A DNA stretch of 41,401 nucleotides from Flavobacteriales bacterium (GCA_947463435.1 CANHTS010000003.1:1-41401); one strand, 5' to 3'; positions 1-9,487 are shown, numbered from the stretch's first letter. A program made the numbers and translations. The notes: generated by a model not told the origin, from the sequence alone.

Positions 1-1
1 A

Positions 2-217
2 AATGCCCGGAGAAACTTCCATGGCATTTATCACAACATTTCCGAAAAGTATGTGCAGAATTACCTGAGTGAATTCTCGTTCCTCACCAACCACCGGCAC
101 CTTGGATCACAAAAATTTGATGCGCTTTTATCGCTAATCCTAAGCCAGACGTGGTTTGCGTCTTTGGTGCAAGCTTCCGTATACTCGGGAAACGCGTCGA
201 CGGAAACGGGACCGTGA
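2..217 (+). mobile_element. IS1595-family (DDE) transposase, C-terminal fragment cut by window start
   Basis: Manual translation of frame +2 gives NARRNFHGIYHNISEKYVQNYLSEFSFLTNHRHLGSQKFDALLSLILSQTWFASLVQASVYSGNASTETGP*. This matches the IS1595 C-terminal signature (N.KR...GIYH.IS.KYLQ.YL.EF.YR.NRR). It is absent from the ORF track because the start lies outside the window. Confidence 0.85.
161..188 (-). repeat. Putative right terminal inverted repeat of the IS1595-like element
   Basis: The minus strand reads CCGAGTATACGGAAGCTTGCACCAAAGA. It overlaps the 3' end of the transposase, and 23 of its first 24 nt match the start of array unit 3 at 41173. Confidence 0.6.
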
Positions 218-475
218 AGCACGACAATACCATCCCGTTCCCCCATCCCAACCCCCAAATTCAACACTTCCATCTCTCCTTCCTTGTTATCCACTGGCTC
301 CCACATTCCCCGTGATGGCCTGACGCTTGTGATATCCATCCTGCCATTTTCACGCATGCATGTGCCAATAGCAGGGTGATGTCATTTACAACAACATCAT
401 GCTAAAACAGCCTCTTAGCGCTGCCATTATGCTCTTGCACAGGCACCACCCACTTGAAAAGTTAAAATCCTCGCT

Positions 476-492
476 CGTTCCGGAATGGAACG
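476..492 (-). terminator. Possible weak hairpin terminator downstream of the 504-1808 gene
   Basis: CGTTCC-ggaat-GGAACG forms a 6-bp stem. A T-rich tract (GATTTTAACTTTTC) follows a few nt later on the minus strand. Confidence 0.25.
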
Positions 493-503
493 CAACGCCA
501 TCC

Positions 504-1808
504 TTAAAACCGCATACTCGCCTGCAGCACACCTCCTGCACCACCGGTCTTTCCGGGCAGCACAAGGCCTTCAACCGAAATAGCCTGCGCCTGTATCCAC
601 AGCGAATTCCACGGACGCAAACTGAACCCCAGTCCGATATCACCGTTAGGCACACCGCCATATGCAGTGGTAACATGCATCTGTACAGAATGCTTCTGAT
701 TCAGGCTTTTCGTGTATTCCAGGCTTGCACGGGGAATGAATCCTGGATACATACGGTATTCCAAACGCGCCCTGAGTGTGTTGCCTTTTGTACCGATGGT
801 TGTAAACATTTCGGCTCTGAACCGTGCAGGCAACATGATCCAACCGCTGGGATCGCGGCGATCCGGATCCAACTTGCTTAACAAGGTGTCGAAATAGTTC
901 CGGAACGAAGCCGTTGAGTCAATCCCGTAGGGTGTAAACGGCACATTCCAGCCAAAGACCTGAACGCCCTGTTCGGCTTGATAACGCGATGCGCGCTTGC
1001 CGAGTGATACCAAGCCTAAATCCTGTACATCAAAAAACCAATTCAAAGGCCGATTGTACTTGGAGGAGTATTTGACCCCCGCGACACCAAATTGGGTGGA
1101 AAAGCCATGACTGAGGTCGTAGAATCCATTGGCATTTCGGTCTTTCCGCGTGTAATCCAGGTTGTAATTCATGAAGACACTGTCGCCCACTGCCGAAGTA
1201 AAGAGCGAACCCGAGGGAAGGCGCAGGTCTTGATAGTTTCGCATAAACACCCAATTTGCACCCAGACGATAGGTGATTTTCGAATTCCTGGGACGCCACG
1301 TGGCTTGTGCACCCAGCCGGTTCCACGAAATGGTATTGAAACGCAGGTCCCGGCTTTCGAGTGTTTTTCCTGCAAAAGGTGCATTGCCCCGAAACACCAG
1401 ATCGAATGCCGGTTGGTCGAATTGGGATGCGTAAAGGTTGGTATACGCGTATTGATATGACCAGGATATCTTCTTGGATGGTATCATATGCCGTGCAAAA
1501 TCGTCGAATTGGACAAGTATACCCGCCTGTCCCTGCAAATGGCTCTGTGCATCGCCAATCCGATCCGAACTCTTGCGGATGATATCGTTGCTGATACCAC
1601 CCCCCATAAAAGGATACAACATACCCGCCGGCAAACGCTGGCTATACATCCAGGCATCTGTCTGCACCTTTAGAACCGAACTGGGCTGTATTTGTTGAAT
1701 CGGCGGTGGCAACATTTGCACTGCACGCTCAGTCGTCATGGAATCTTTCTGGGCATGCGCCGCCCAAACACTTCCACCCGTAATCAAGAAAATGAAAAGC
1801 CGCTTCAT
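504..1808 (-). CDS. Outer-membrane beta-barrel protein, DUF5723-like
   Basis: Signal peptide (MKRLFIFLITGGSVWAAHAQ), alternating amphipathic strands and a terminal Phe (LQASMRF). The 'AFDLVFRGNAPFAGKT' and 'MLPARFRA' segments resemble DUF5723 proteins. The ATG overlaps the upstream stop (TGATG). Confidence 0.6.
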   Translation of the reverse strand: MKRLFIFLITGGSVWAAHAQKDSMTTERAVQMLPPPIQQIQPSSVLKVQTDAWMYSQRLPAGMLYPFMGGGISNDIIRKSSDRIGDAQSHLQGQAGILVQFDDFARHMIPSKKISWSYQYAYTNLYASQFDQPAFDLVFRGNAPFAGKTLESRDLRFNTISWNRLGAQATWRPRNSKITYRLGANWVFMRNYQDLRLPSGSLFTSAVGDSVFMNYNLDYTRKDRNANGFYDLSHGFSTQFGVAGVKYSSKYNRPLNWFFDVQDLGLVSLGKRASRYQAEQGVQVFGWNVPFTPYGIDSTASFRNYFDTLLSKLDPDRRDPSGWIMLPARFRAEMFTTIGTKGNTLRARLEYRMYPGFIPRASLEYTKSLNQKHSVQMHVTTAYGGVPNGDIGLGFSLRPWNSLWIQAQAISVEGLVLPGKTGGAGGVLQASMRF

Positions 1809-3847
1809 CAAAGACTGTTTTCCATGGTTACCTGGCCAACCAGACGGATGCGCAGGCGGTAAAATGAATACAACTTACGGTACGCGCTGCCTTCGGTCCG
1901 CAACATCGGCACAAAGACAATATAAGAAGCGCGGCGCAGATTTTCCATCCGGTCTTCCGGTACAGCGGCCTCAAGCGTAGCCACTGCGCGATTGATAACC
2001 ATACCTGTCGCCTGGTCAACAGACGCAGCCGGTAACTCGGGTTGCGGAATGATGCTGTCTATCTCTTGGTAAAAGGCATCCAACAAATAAGCTTTCATGC
2101 TCACTGCTACCGGAAAATCGTTTTCCGCGTAGAAGCGTAACACTGCCTTTTTGGCGTTTTCTATGCCGCGGATCGATTTCAGATCCATGCGTTGCGTATC
2201 CCTGAAATACAGTCCAGGCGTGCGGAAGCCAACCGGCATCGACGCGTCGAGGTAGACGTTCAGCGGTTTGTCATGGTACAGGAAATCCTGCCAGCGGTTG
2301 GTATTGCCGTTCGGGTTCAGCTTGATGTTCAAATCATAACCGAAACCGGAAGGCACGTTGGAAAGAAAATCCCGGATATTGGAGTTACCCGTATTGAGGT
2401 AAAAATTCGTTTCAGAAGCCTTCCACGGTTGAAAATCAGCACTTTGGATGGTATGAGTAGCTCCGACGATGCCGGGTGCATTCAGGAGCACAGAACGTTT
2501 GTTCAGCACATTCTCTGAGGAAATACTCCGCACTGCTACCTGTCCCTGTGCGCCTATGCCGTTTGAAACCCGGAGATTCATGGAAACAAACTCCGGCTCC
2601 AGGCTGCCACCCAACGGGGGATACATCGTTACGGGCTGTACACCGCTGATATTCTCATCACTCTGCCCGAAATAACCGACCGCCCATTCAGGCTCTATGC
2701 CTACGATGCCATATTCAACCCGGATGCTGTCGTCGAGCGATACATTCACCTTGCGCCCGCTGCTGTCCAAATTGACGATCACAATCTGGTGGAAAGTATT
2801 GACTGTGTCGGTGACGGATGGATTCTTGCCGCGGTAATCGACCACGTAGCCATTCATGTCCACATCCTCTGAATAGCGTTTCGTTTCGCCTGGAACGGCG
2901 GCAGGAACTTGTATGATCCGCTCTACGCTTTGTCCGTTTTTCACCACATTCGGCAAGCGGAAAATCATGGTGAGGTTTTCCTGGATGGTAGTGGATATAC
3001 GAATGCGCAGTGTTCCGCGACGCGCCTGGATGAACTTGATTTCCGGTCCGCCCAGCTCCATACTGGTCCCTTCATCCTGATACAACACATTTTGTGAGGG
3101 GAAGGCTGCAGTGGCTGCACGCGGTTTCAGTCCGGTTACGGCGAGATTGAGCTCCACACCTTTGAAGGCATCAATGGTGACTGGTCCGTTGCTGGCATCG
3201 GTTCTCAGCGTCTTGATTTGCGCCGTGAGCACCTTGTACACCGTTTTGCCGGCCAGTGAAACCTTGCGTGTTTGCGTGGTTCCAGGAGAAACGTTGTTGA
3301 ACGTCTCGATGGAAATGAGGGAATTATCCGTCTTATTTCGCAGCTCAAACGTCACCTCAGAAAGGTTGACCTGCAATTCGTTGGTCAGCGATATATTAAG
3401 CCAGCCGGAATCGAGCGTCGCATATTCAAAGAATGCGCTGGCATCGAGGTCTACCGGGGTCAGGTTGGTGAGATTCTGCGCCGGTATAACTTGTGTGCTG
3501 CCGTTCAACAGGATGAAGACCGGATTGATCTCCGCCAGGGTAATCCGTCGACTGATATTCTGATCGTTCAGGCGCAGCGCCTTAAGCGTGAAGAAACGCG
3601 TTACAACGGTGTCCGGAATGCGGATGCCTTCCAGGCGGTTGCTGCTGTAGACCAGCTGACTGTACTCGAGTGAATAACTGCTGTCTCCTGTCTTGTTAAA
3701 CAGGTTCGCAGAGTTCATCTGGTCAAGCGAAATCTCAGCCTTCGCAACCGGTGCGAGGTATTCAGATTCCCAGAAAGTGCCACCGTTTTTGCGGCAGGCA
3801 GACAGCAGGACTATACCCGCCAACAGGATGTAGTAGTGTTTCTTCAT
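1808..3847 (-). CDS. Large beta-rich lipoprotein of unknown function (679 aa)
   Basis: Lipobox LLSAC. Long ORF, coupled to the downstream barrel gene, with internal beta-sandwich-like repeats. Confidence 0.8.
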   Translation of the reverse strand: MKKHYYILLAGIVLLSACRKNGGTFWESEYLAPVAKAEISLDQMNSANLFNKTGDSSYSLEYSQLVYSSNRLEGIRIPDTVVTRFFTLKALRLNDQNISRRITLAEINPVFILLNGSTQVIPAQNLTNLTPVDLDASAFFEYATLDSGWLNISLTNELQVNLSEVTFELRNKTDNSLISIETFNNVSPGTTQTRKVSLAGKTVYKVLTAQIKTLRTDASNGPVTIDAFKGVELNLAVTGLKPRAATAAFPSQNVLYQDEGTSMELGGPEIKFIQARRGTLRIRISTTIQENLTMIFRLPNVVKNGQSVERIIQVPAAVPGETKRYSEDVDMNGYVVDYRGKNPSVTDTVNTFHQIVIVNLDSSGRKVNVSLDDSIRVEYGIVGIEPEWAVGYFGQSDENISGVQPVTMYPPLGGSLEPEFVSMNLRVSNGIGAQGQVAVRSISSENVLNKRSVLLNAPGIVGATHTIQSADFQPWKASETNFYLNTGNSNIRDFLSNVPSGFGYDLNIKLNPNGNTNRWQDFLYHDKPLNVYLDASMPVGFRTPGLYFRDTQRMDLKSIRGIENAKKAVLRFYAENDFPVAVSMKAYLLDAFYQEIDSIIPQPELPAASVDQATGMVINRAVATLEAAVPEDRMENLRRASYIVFVPMLRTEGSAYRKLYSFYRLRIRLVGQVTMENSL

Positions 3848-3897
3848 GGGTGTGGAAGGAAAAACTGTTCCCGGCCCAATTTCCGGGAAACAGTGTA

Positions 3898-5010
3898 TTA
3901 GTGCGCGAGCTGCAAATCGGCACCAGATCCCAGTTTGCGCATGAGGCGCATGTGGGAATTGAATGCTTCACGGAAGGTCGGGTACTCGAGGTAGGGCACA
4001 TTGTACTTTGCAGCAACGCGCTGTACAATCTTGCGCACGTCAGGATAATGCACGTGGCTGATTTGTGGGAATAAATGGTGCTCAACCTGGAAATTCAATC
4101 CGCCGGTCACCCAATTCCAGAACCTGGATGTAGGAGCGAAGTTGGCGGTGGTAGCCATCTGGTGTACAGCCCATTCCTGAGGAATACGGGTGCGCACATC
4201 CTGAGCAGCTTCCACAAAATGGGTGATCTCCACCACGTGTGCCATTTGGAACACACAACTCAGAATTATACCGAGGGTGACGTGCAAGGATACGAATGCA
4301 AGCATACCGCCGCCCCAGCCGAGCATGTAAACGGGCAAGCCTACATATACCGCCGTGTACATGATCTTGGTTACCCAGAAAATGATGTGCTCGCTAAGCG
4401 GAATGGGAGGAAGATCGGTGGTATACACGCGGCGCTTGAAATACTTTTCGAAGTCGGCTGCGTACATCCAGAATATGGAACTGATGGCATACAGGCCCAT
4501 CATATAGATATGCTGAAACCGGTGCGCCGGTTTCCAGGGCTGGCTAGGACAATGGCGCAGGGCTGGAATCTTGGCAATATCGTCATCCACTCCGTCAACG
4601 TTTGTGAAGGTGTGGTGAATTACGTTGTGCTTGGTCTTCCAAATGAATGCATGGCTGCCCAACAGGCTCATGATATTGCCAAACCAACGGTTAACCCGTC
4701 CGCTGGATGAGAAACTGCCGTGACATGCGTCGTGCATGATATTGAATCCGGCCAGGGCGTGGAATATGCCGATTACGGCGAAAATGAGAACCGAAGCCCA
4801 TACCGGCAGACCCAAAAACAGCGCTGCTACGTACAGTGCGGGAACTGTGATGACGATGATCGCGGTCTTGGTATAAAGACGTGAATCGCCTGTTTTTTGC
4901 TTGCCCTTGGCCTTGAAAAATTCGTCAACCTCGCGGCGGAGTTCCCCGTAAAACTGGTTGCCGTTATTTTCGAAAATCGGCGGGGGAACATTGACATGTG
5001 GTGTATTCAT
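3898..5010 (-). CDS. Membrane fatty acid (acyl-CoA/linoleoyl-CoA type) desaturase
   Basis: Three His boxes (HDACH, HNVIHH, QVEHH within GGLNFQVEHHLFP) and transmembrane segments. Confidence 0.95.
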   Translation of the reverse strand: MNTPHVNVPPPIFENNGNQFYGELRREVDEFFKAKGKQKTGDSRLYTKTAIIVITVPALYVAALFLGLPVWASVLIFAVIGIFHALAGFNIMHDACHGSFSSSGRVNRWFGNIMSLLGSHAFIWKTKHNVIHHTFTNVDGVDDDIAKIPALRHCPSQPWKPAHRFQHIYMMGLYAISSIFWMYAADFEKYFKRRVYTTDLPPIPLSEHIIFWVTKIMYTAVYVGLPVYMLGWGGGMLAFVSLHVTLGIILSCVFQMAHVVEITHFVEAAQDVRTRIPQEWAVHQMATTANFAPTSRFWNWVTGGLNFQVEHHLFPQISHVHYPDVRKIVQRVAAKYNVPYLEYPTFREAFNSHMRLMRKLGSGADLQLAH

Positions 5011-5030
5011 TACTTTTTGTTAATGCTTTG

Positions 5031-5038
5031 CAAAGATA
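5031..5038 (-). promoter_or_regulatory. Bacteroidota -7 promoter element (TATCTTTG) for the desaturase
   Basis: Matches TAnnTTTG, 20 nt upstream of the ATG. Confidence 0.65.
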
Positions 5039-5077
5039 GGCGAAGATTTCGGCCTCCGATGCTCAACCCAACGCGCT

Positions 5078-5085
5078 TAAGTTTG
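5078..5085 (+). promoter_or_regulatory. Bacteroidota -7 promoter element (TAAGTTTG) for the rsmF-like gene
   Basis: TAnnTTTG 3 nt before the ATG at 5089, divergent from the desaturase promoter. Confidence 0.6.
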
Positions 5086-5088
5086 CGC

Positions 5089-6447
5089 ATGCAATGGCCG
5101 GAAGCGTTTTATCAACGGGTTCTATCAAGATTAGGGCTTGAAGCAGCTTCTTTCTTTACCGTACTCGATACAGAACCGGTTACAGCCGTGAACCTGCATC
5201 CGCTCAAATTCAACGCTCCGATGACATTAGCGGAAATACCATGGAACCCGTATGGCCGGATTCTTTCTGAACGACCCGCTTTTTTTCTCGATCCCTGGTG
5301 GCATGCCGGTGCCTATTATCCGCAAGAATCCGGAAGCCAGCTTTTGGCCGCTGTGCTTGAACAACTGCCGGTTCCTGAAGAGCCAATTATGCTCGACCTC
5401 TGCGCAGCACCGGGCGGTAAAAGCGTCCTCATCTCCAATTTCCTGCAAGGCCGCGGCGCCCTCCTCAGCAACGAAGTGATCCGGAAACGGGTACCGGTTC
5501 TCTATGAAAACCTGGCGCGCAACGGATTCGCAAACAACGCCATCAGCAACCTGGATCCAAAAGAACTCGGCAATTGTACAGAGCTGTTTGATTTGATTTT
5601 TGTGGACGCACCCTGCAGCGGCGAAGGCATGTTCCGCAAACACGCACAGGCGTCTGAACAATGGTCGCCGGATTTGGTAGAGTTCTGTGCCCTGCGGCAG
5701 CAACGCATCCTGAGCGATATCTGGCCCGCTTTGAAACCGGGTGGATTTCTGGTCTACAGCACCTGCACCTTGAACGAAACAGAAAACGAAGACAACCTGC
5801 GCTTTCTGCTGCAACAGGCGGATGCCGAAGCGGTTGACCTGAAGTTTCCAACATCATGGAACATAGAACCCGGCACAGCGCCAACAGCCTGTTGGTATAG
5901 CTGGCCACACAAAACGGGCAGTGAAGGATTCTTCCTGGGAATCGTCCAAAAGCGGGCCTCCGGCGATAAGGGAATCTTAGAAAAGCCGATTTCCCTGGCC
6001 AAGATCAACCTTCCACAACAGTGGCTTTCCGAATCAGCACCACCACCACATGTGCGCCACAAAGAACAGCCTGCACTCATGAATGCTGCGCTTGCCTCCT
6101 TGTTGCCGTCTCTCGGCACAGCACAACATGGCATCCAACATGCCGGAACACCGCTCGGAGAGTGGATTGGCAACAAATTCAAACCGGCACCGGAGTTGGC
6201 ACTTAGCCTGCATTTGCGCGCAGATTGCAGTTTGCCGCTCAACCTGAGCCAGGCGGTTGCTTTCCTTTGTGGCGATGGGGTTTTGCCTGAAGCCGAAACG
6301 CAGGGTTGGTATCCGCTTTCATACGAAGGCCTCGGTTTGGGTTGGATTAATCACCTCGGAAAACGCAGCAACAACGCGTGGCCACGGGCTTGGCGCATCC
6401 GGCAACGCCCATCCGGCGGCGTTCCCGTTCCATTCTGGCAGCCCTGA
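5089..6447 (+). CDS. rsmF: RsmF/NOL1/NOP2/Sun family rRNA m5C methyltransferase
   Basis: Motifs LDLCAAPGGKS, DAPCSGEGMFRK and YSTCT, plus a C-terminal GLGW...N..P..WRIR domain. Start moved to the ATG at 5089 (MQWPEAF) to avoid overlapping the divergent gene. Confidence 0.88.
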   Translation: MQWPEAFYQRVLSRLGLEAASFFTVLDTEPVTAVNLHPLKFNAPMTLAEIPWNPYGRILSERPAFFLDPWWHAGAYYPQESGSQLLAAVLEQLPVPEEPIMLDLCAAPGGKSVLISNFLQGRGALLSNEVIRKRVPVLYENLARNGFANNAISNLDPKELGNCTELFDLIFVDAPCSGEGMFRKHAQASEQWSPDLVEFCALRQQRILSDIWPALKPGGFLVYSTCTLNETENEDNLRFLLQQADAEAVDLKFPTSWNIEPGTAPTACWYSWPHKTGSEGFFLGIVQKRASGDKGILEKPISLAKINLPQQWLSESAPPPHVRHKEQPALMNAALASLLPSLGTAQHGIQHAGTPLGEWIGNKFKPAPELALSLHLRADCSLPLNLSQAVAFLCGDGVLPEAETQGWYPLSYEGLGLGWINHLGKRSNNAWPRAWRIRQRPSGGVPVPFWQP

Positions 6448-6497
6448 CCCGGAGCCTGCTGCATAGCTTTCCGTATTATTGTGTGACCAGCCAGCCC

Positions 6498-8243
6498 ATG
6501 ATACGCCAGCTCCTGTTCCTTGCACTTAGCTTTTCCTCCCTCCAGATGAAAGCGCAGACCCATGTACGTATTACCAGCGCCTCGGCAGACTCCGTTATGC
6601 GCGGACGCTACAATCCAGCGCAGTTTGCACCGGCTTTTCCAATCAATTACCCGCCGCATATCGCCCAATGGATAGCCCGTCAGGTTTCTCCGGACACCCT
6701 GCGCGCCAACATCCTGAAACTCGCTTCCTTCCAAAACCGGAATACAGCTTCAGATACCCTTTCCGGATCGCGTGGGATTGGTGCAGCGCGCCGCTGGATA
6801 CATGGCGAGTTCAGCCGCTATGCCCGCGAAAGCAACGGACGACTCCTGCCGGCATTCCAGGAATTTGATTTCAATGTCTGCAACCTGATGTCGCGCCACA
6901 GCAATGTGATAGCTGTGCTGCCCGGAACCGATACCGCCGACCGCAGCATCGTGCTGATTGAAGGGCATTTCGACAGCCGCTGTGAAGGCAATTGCGATAC
7001 CGCTTGCCTGGCCGAAGGCGTGGAAGACAACGCAACCGGAACAGCCCTCGTAATGGAGTTGGCACGTGTCTTCAGCCGAAACGGCTTCGCCTTCCCCCGA
7101 ACCATTGTATTCATGGCCACTACCGGTGAAGAACAGGGCCTCTACGGTGCGCAGGCGTTTGTGAATTATGCACTCCGCAACGGCGTCGCCATCCGGGCAG
7201 TCATCAACAACGACGTGAGCGGTGGAATCATCTGTGGGAAGACAGCTTCGCCCCCGGGTTGTCCGGGCGAAAACCTGATCGACAGCATCCGGGTGCGGCT
7301 CTTTTCTGCAGGAAACATCAATTCACCTTCCAAGCAACTCGCCCGCTTTGTGAAGTTGCAATACGCGGAAATGCTGCGGCAACATATGGATGTGCCCAGC
7401 GATATCCAGATCATGAGCCCGGAAGACCGCACCGGCCGCGGTGGTGATCATATTCCATTCCGGCAGAACGGTTTCCCGGCCATCCGCCTCACCAGCGCCC
7501 ATGAACACGGCGATGCCGATGTGAGTAAACCGGGTTACAGCGACCGACAGCATTCCACCCGCGATCGCGCGGGTATTGATTTTAATAGCGATGGATTGCC
7601 GGACAGCTTCTTCGTCGATTTTCGCTACCTGGCGCGCAATACCTGCATCAATGCCTGCGGCGCAGCCATGGCCGCCGCAGGTCCGGCGCGTCCCGATCTG
7701 CAAGTGCAGGTAAGCGGCAAAACCCTCTTCACCACCATTACGCGTGAAACACAATACACCTGGTACCGCATCGCCATCCGCAGCACCTCGCAGGATTGGG
7801 ATACCGTGTTCACCCAACACGGCGTTAGCGGGAGCTTCCTCATGCCCGAAGGCCGCAGTTACTATATCAGCGCCGCCGCAGTTGATTCGAATGGCGTGGA
7901 AAGCATCTTCAGCCGCGAAGTCACCGCCCAGACCACCGGCCTTCTAGACTTTGGTTCAAGCAGCGAAACACCCGATATTGAACTGAAACAAAACCATCCC
8001 AATCCTTTTGATCTTGCAACCTGGATTGTAGTCCATGTGAACCGCATGCCGCGTTTCAGAAAAGCTGAACTCCAGGTGAGCGACGCCGGCGGAAGGGTGC
8101 TGCGCCGCTGGCCGGTTGAACTGCGGCAGGGCACCAACGAATACCTCTACGAACACGGAGAAGGCATGCGCGGCATCCTGCATTATTCCATTCTGCTCGA
8201 TGGCCGTCCGATGCAAACACGCAGCATGGTCTTCGCCAACTGA
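6498..8243 (+). CDS. Secreted M28-family metallopeptidase with FN3-like region and T9SS type A C-terminal domain
   Basis: Signal peptide and zinc-ligand motifs (EGHFDSR, GVEDNATG, TGEEQGLYG, NND, GGDHIPF, RQHS). C-terminal 'LKQNHPNPF' CTD motif. Start placed at MIRQLL. Confidence 0.9.
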   Translation: MIRQLLFLALSFSSLQMKAQTHVRITSASADSVMRGRYNPAQFAPAFPINYPPHIAQWIARQVSPDTLRANILKLASFQNRNTASDTLSGSRGIGAARRWIHGEFSRYARESNGRLLPAFQEFDFNVCNLMSRHSNVIAVLPGTDTADRSIVLIEGHFDSRCEGNCDTACLAEGVEDNATGTALVMELARVFSRNGFAFPRTIVFMATTGEEQGLYGAQAFVNYALRNGVAIRAVINNDVSGGIICGKTASPPGCPGENLIDSIRVRLFSAGNINSPSKQLARFVKLQYAEMLRQHMDVPSDIQIMSPEDRTGRGGDHIPFRQNGFPAIRLTSAHEHGDADVSKPGYSDRQHSTRDRAGIDFNSDGLPDSFFVDFRYLARNTCINACGAAMAAAGPARPDLQVQVSGKTLFTTITRETQYTWYRIAIRSTSQDWDTVFTQHGVSGSFLMPEGRSYYISAAAVDSNGVESIFSREVTAQTTGLLDFGSSSETPDIELKQNHPNPFDLATWIVVHVNRMPRFRKAELQVSDAGGRVLRRWPVELRQGTNEYLYEHGEGMRGILHYSILLDGRPMQTRSMVFAN

Positions 8244-8249
8244 ATAAAC

Positions 8250-9452
8250 TCAGTTACCATCTGCGTAGTCCTGCAGGTAGCTGTAGCGTTCCGTTAAAGC
8301 GCCCCGGCGTGTAATGCGCGCACCTTCGAGCATGGCGCTTTGGGGGTGGAAGAGTTCCGGAATCACATCATGTAACAGGTGTTCACCAAACTCACTGCTC
8401 GCGTCGCGGGGCAATTCATTGGGCAAATTGCTGACAGCCATTACGTCGATCGTATCCGGAAGAAAAGGCGCAGTGCGTTGTTGTGTTTGACGGTCCCAAC
8501 CAAAAACCGGATCAGCGATGGTGGTTGCGTCTACAGTAATCGGCACAGAACCATCTACATCACAACTGATATCGGCAATTACACGGATGCGGAAACCCGG
8601 CCAAAGTGTGTCTTCTTTTTCAAAGAGCCGGGGTAAATCGCTCGTCCAGAAAAGACCGTTGATGAGCATATCGCAGGCAGGCAGAAATGAACGGAATGAG
8701 CTTTCGTATTCGCTGTGGTTCGCGTAGAAATGCTGCGAATTCCAGGGTTTACCTTCTCGGTGCTGGTATAACTCGTGGCTGTTGAGATGCACAAAAACAG
8801 GCCGCGTATGGTTGCGCAGCAGGAAATCTTCCGGTGTTACCTCCAGAACATTCAGTTGGCGCAGCAGTTCAAGTGCGCCATTCGCCACACGGCCGCCGCC
8901 GGTAAGAACGATCTTGGCCGGTCCAGGCTGAATCTTATGGCATTCGCGCAGCATCTCGGCATAATCCAGGCATTGCCAGGCGGGCTTGAGTTCATAACTG
9001 CCGGTTTTCCTTCCCCAGGTAAGGAAGCCGTTGTAAGCACCGACGATGCCTGCCCAGCGACCAAACCCGAGCACCCGCAAGCCACTTTCCCATTTGAGGG
9101 TTTCGTAATCGATCAACTCAATGTTCTTCTCCAGGATGACTTGCAGCATCGCCTGGTTATAAGGTTGTTTCTTGATGGTATGCGAGAAGAAGAAATATGT
9201 TTTACCGGTAATCAAATGATCCCTTGGAACTTCCTTGATGCCGAATAGCACATCGCAATCGCTAAGGTCGCTGACCACCGGAATGCCTGCGGCCCGATAT
9301 TCGTCGTCGCTGTAGGTGCGTTCCGAGCTGCTTTCCACAAAAATGCGCACATCCGGGTAGCGCTTCTGCACACTCACACATTGAACGGGGGTCAGGGCTA
9401 CACGGGTATCCGGCGGACTTTTTCTTTCCCGCAACAAACCGAATCGGATCAT
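8250..9452 (-). CDS. AlaDh/PNT-family NAD(P)-dependent oxidoreductase (lysine-ketoglutarate reductase/saccharopine dehydrogenase-like)
   Basis: Motifs RVALTP, GIKEVP, FFSHTIKKQPYN, LIDYE, GFGRWAG, GGGRVANG, ADISCD and NLPNELPRDAS. Confidence 0.9.
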   Translation of the reverse strand: MIRFGLLRERKSPPDTRVALTPVQCVSVQKRYPDVRIFVESSSERTYSDDEYRAAGIPVVSDLSDCDVLFGIKEVPRDHLITGKTYFFFSHTIKKQPYNQAMLQVILEKNIELIDYETLKWESGLRVLGFGRWAGIVGAYNGFLTWGRKTGSYELKPAWQCLDYAEMLRECHKIQPGPAKIVLTGGGRVANGALELLRQLNVLEVTPEDFLLRNHTRPVFVHLNSHELYQHREGKPWNSQHFYANHSEYESSFRSFLPACDMLINGLFWTSDLPRLFEKEDTLWPGFRIRVIADISCDVDGSVPITVDATTIADPVFGWDRQTQQRTAPFLPDTIDVMAVSNLPNELPRDASSEFGEHLLHDVIPELFHPQSAMLEGARITRRGALTERYSYLQDYADGN

Positions 9453-9487
9453 GCTGCGAAGCTATGAAGCGGCTTTTTATTTGCTGC

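Noticed and set aside
61-881. ORFs 61-357 (-), 386-676 (-) and 399-881 (+)
   Set aside because: They have no recognisable motifs and overlap the transposase tail or the barrel gene on the opposite strand or frame.
4897-5088. N-terminal extensions in the ORF track (here rsmF; likewise starts at 6378, 15926, 18606, 19288, 25733, 39052 and 40986)
   Set aside because: They overlap neighbouring genes or run through the -7 promoter element. Downstream starts give proper signal peptides or family N-termini.
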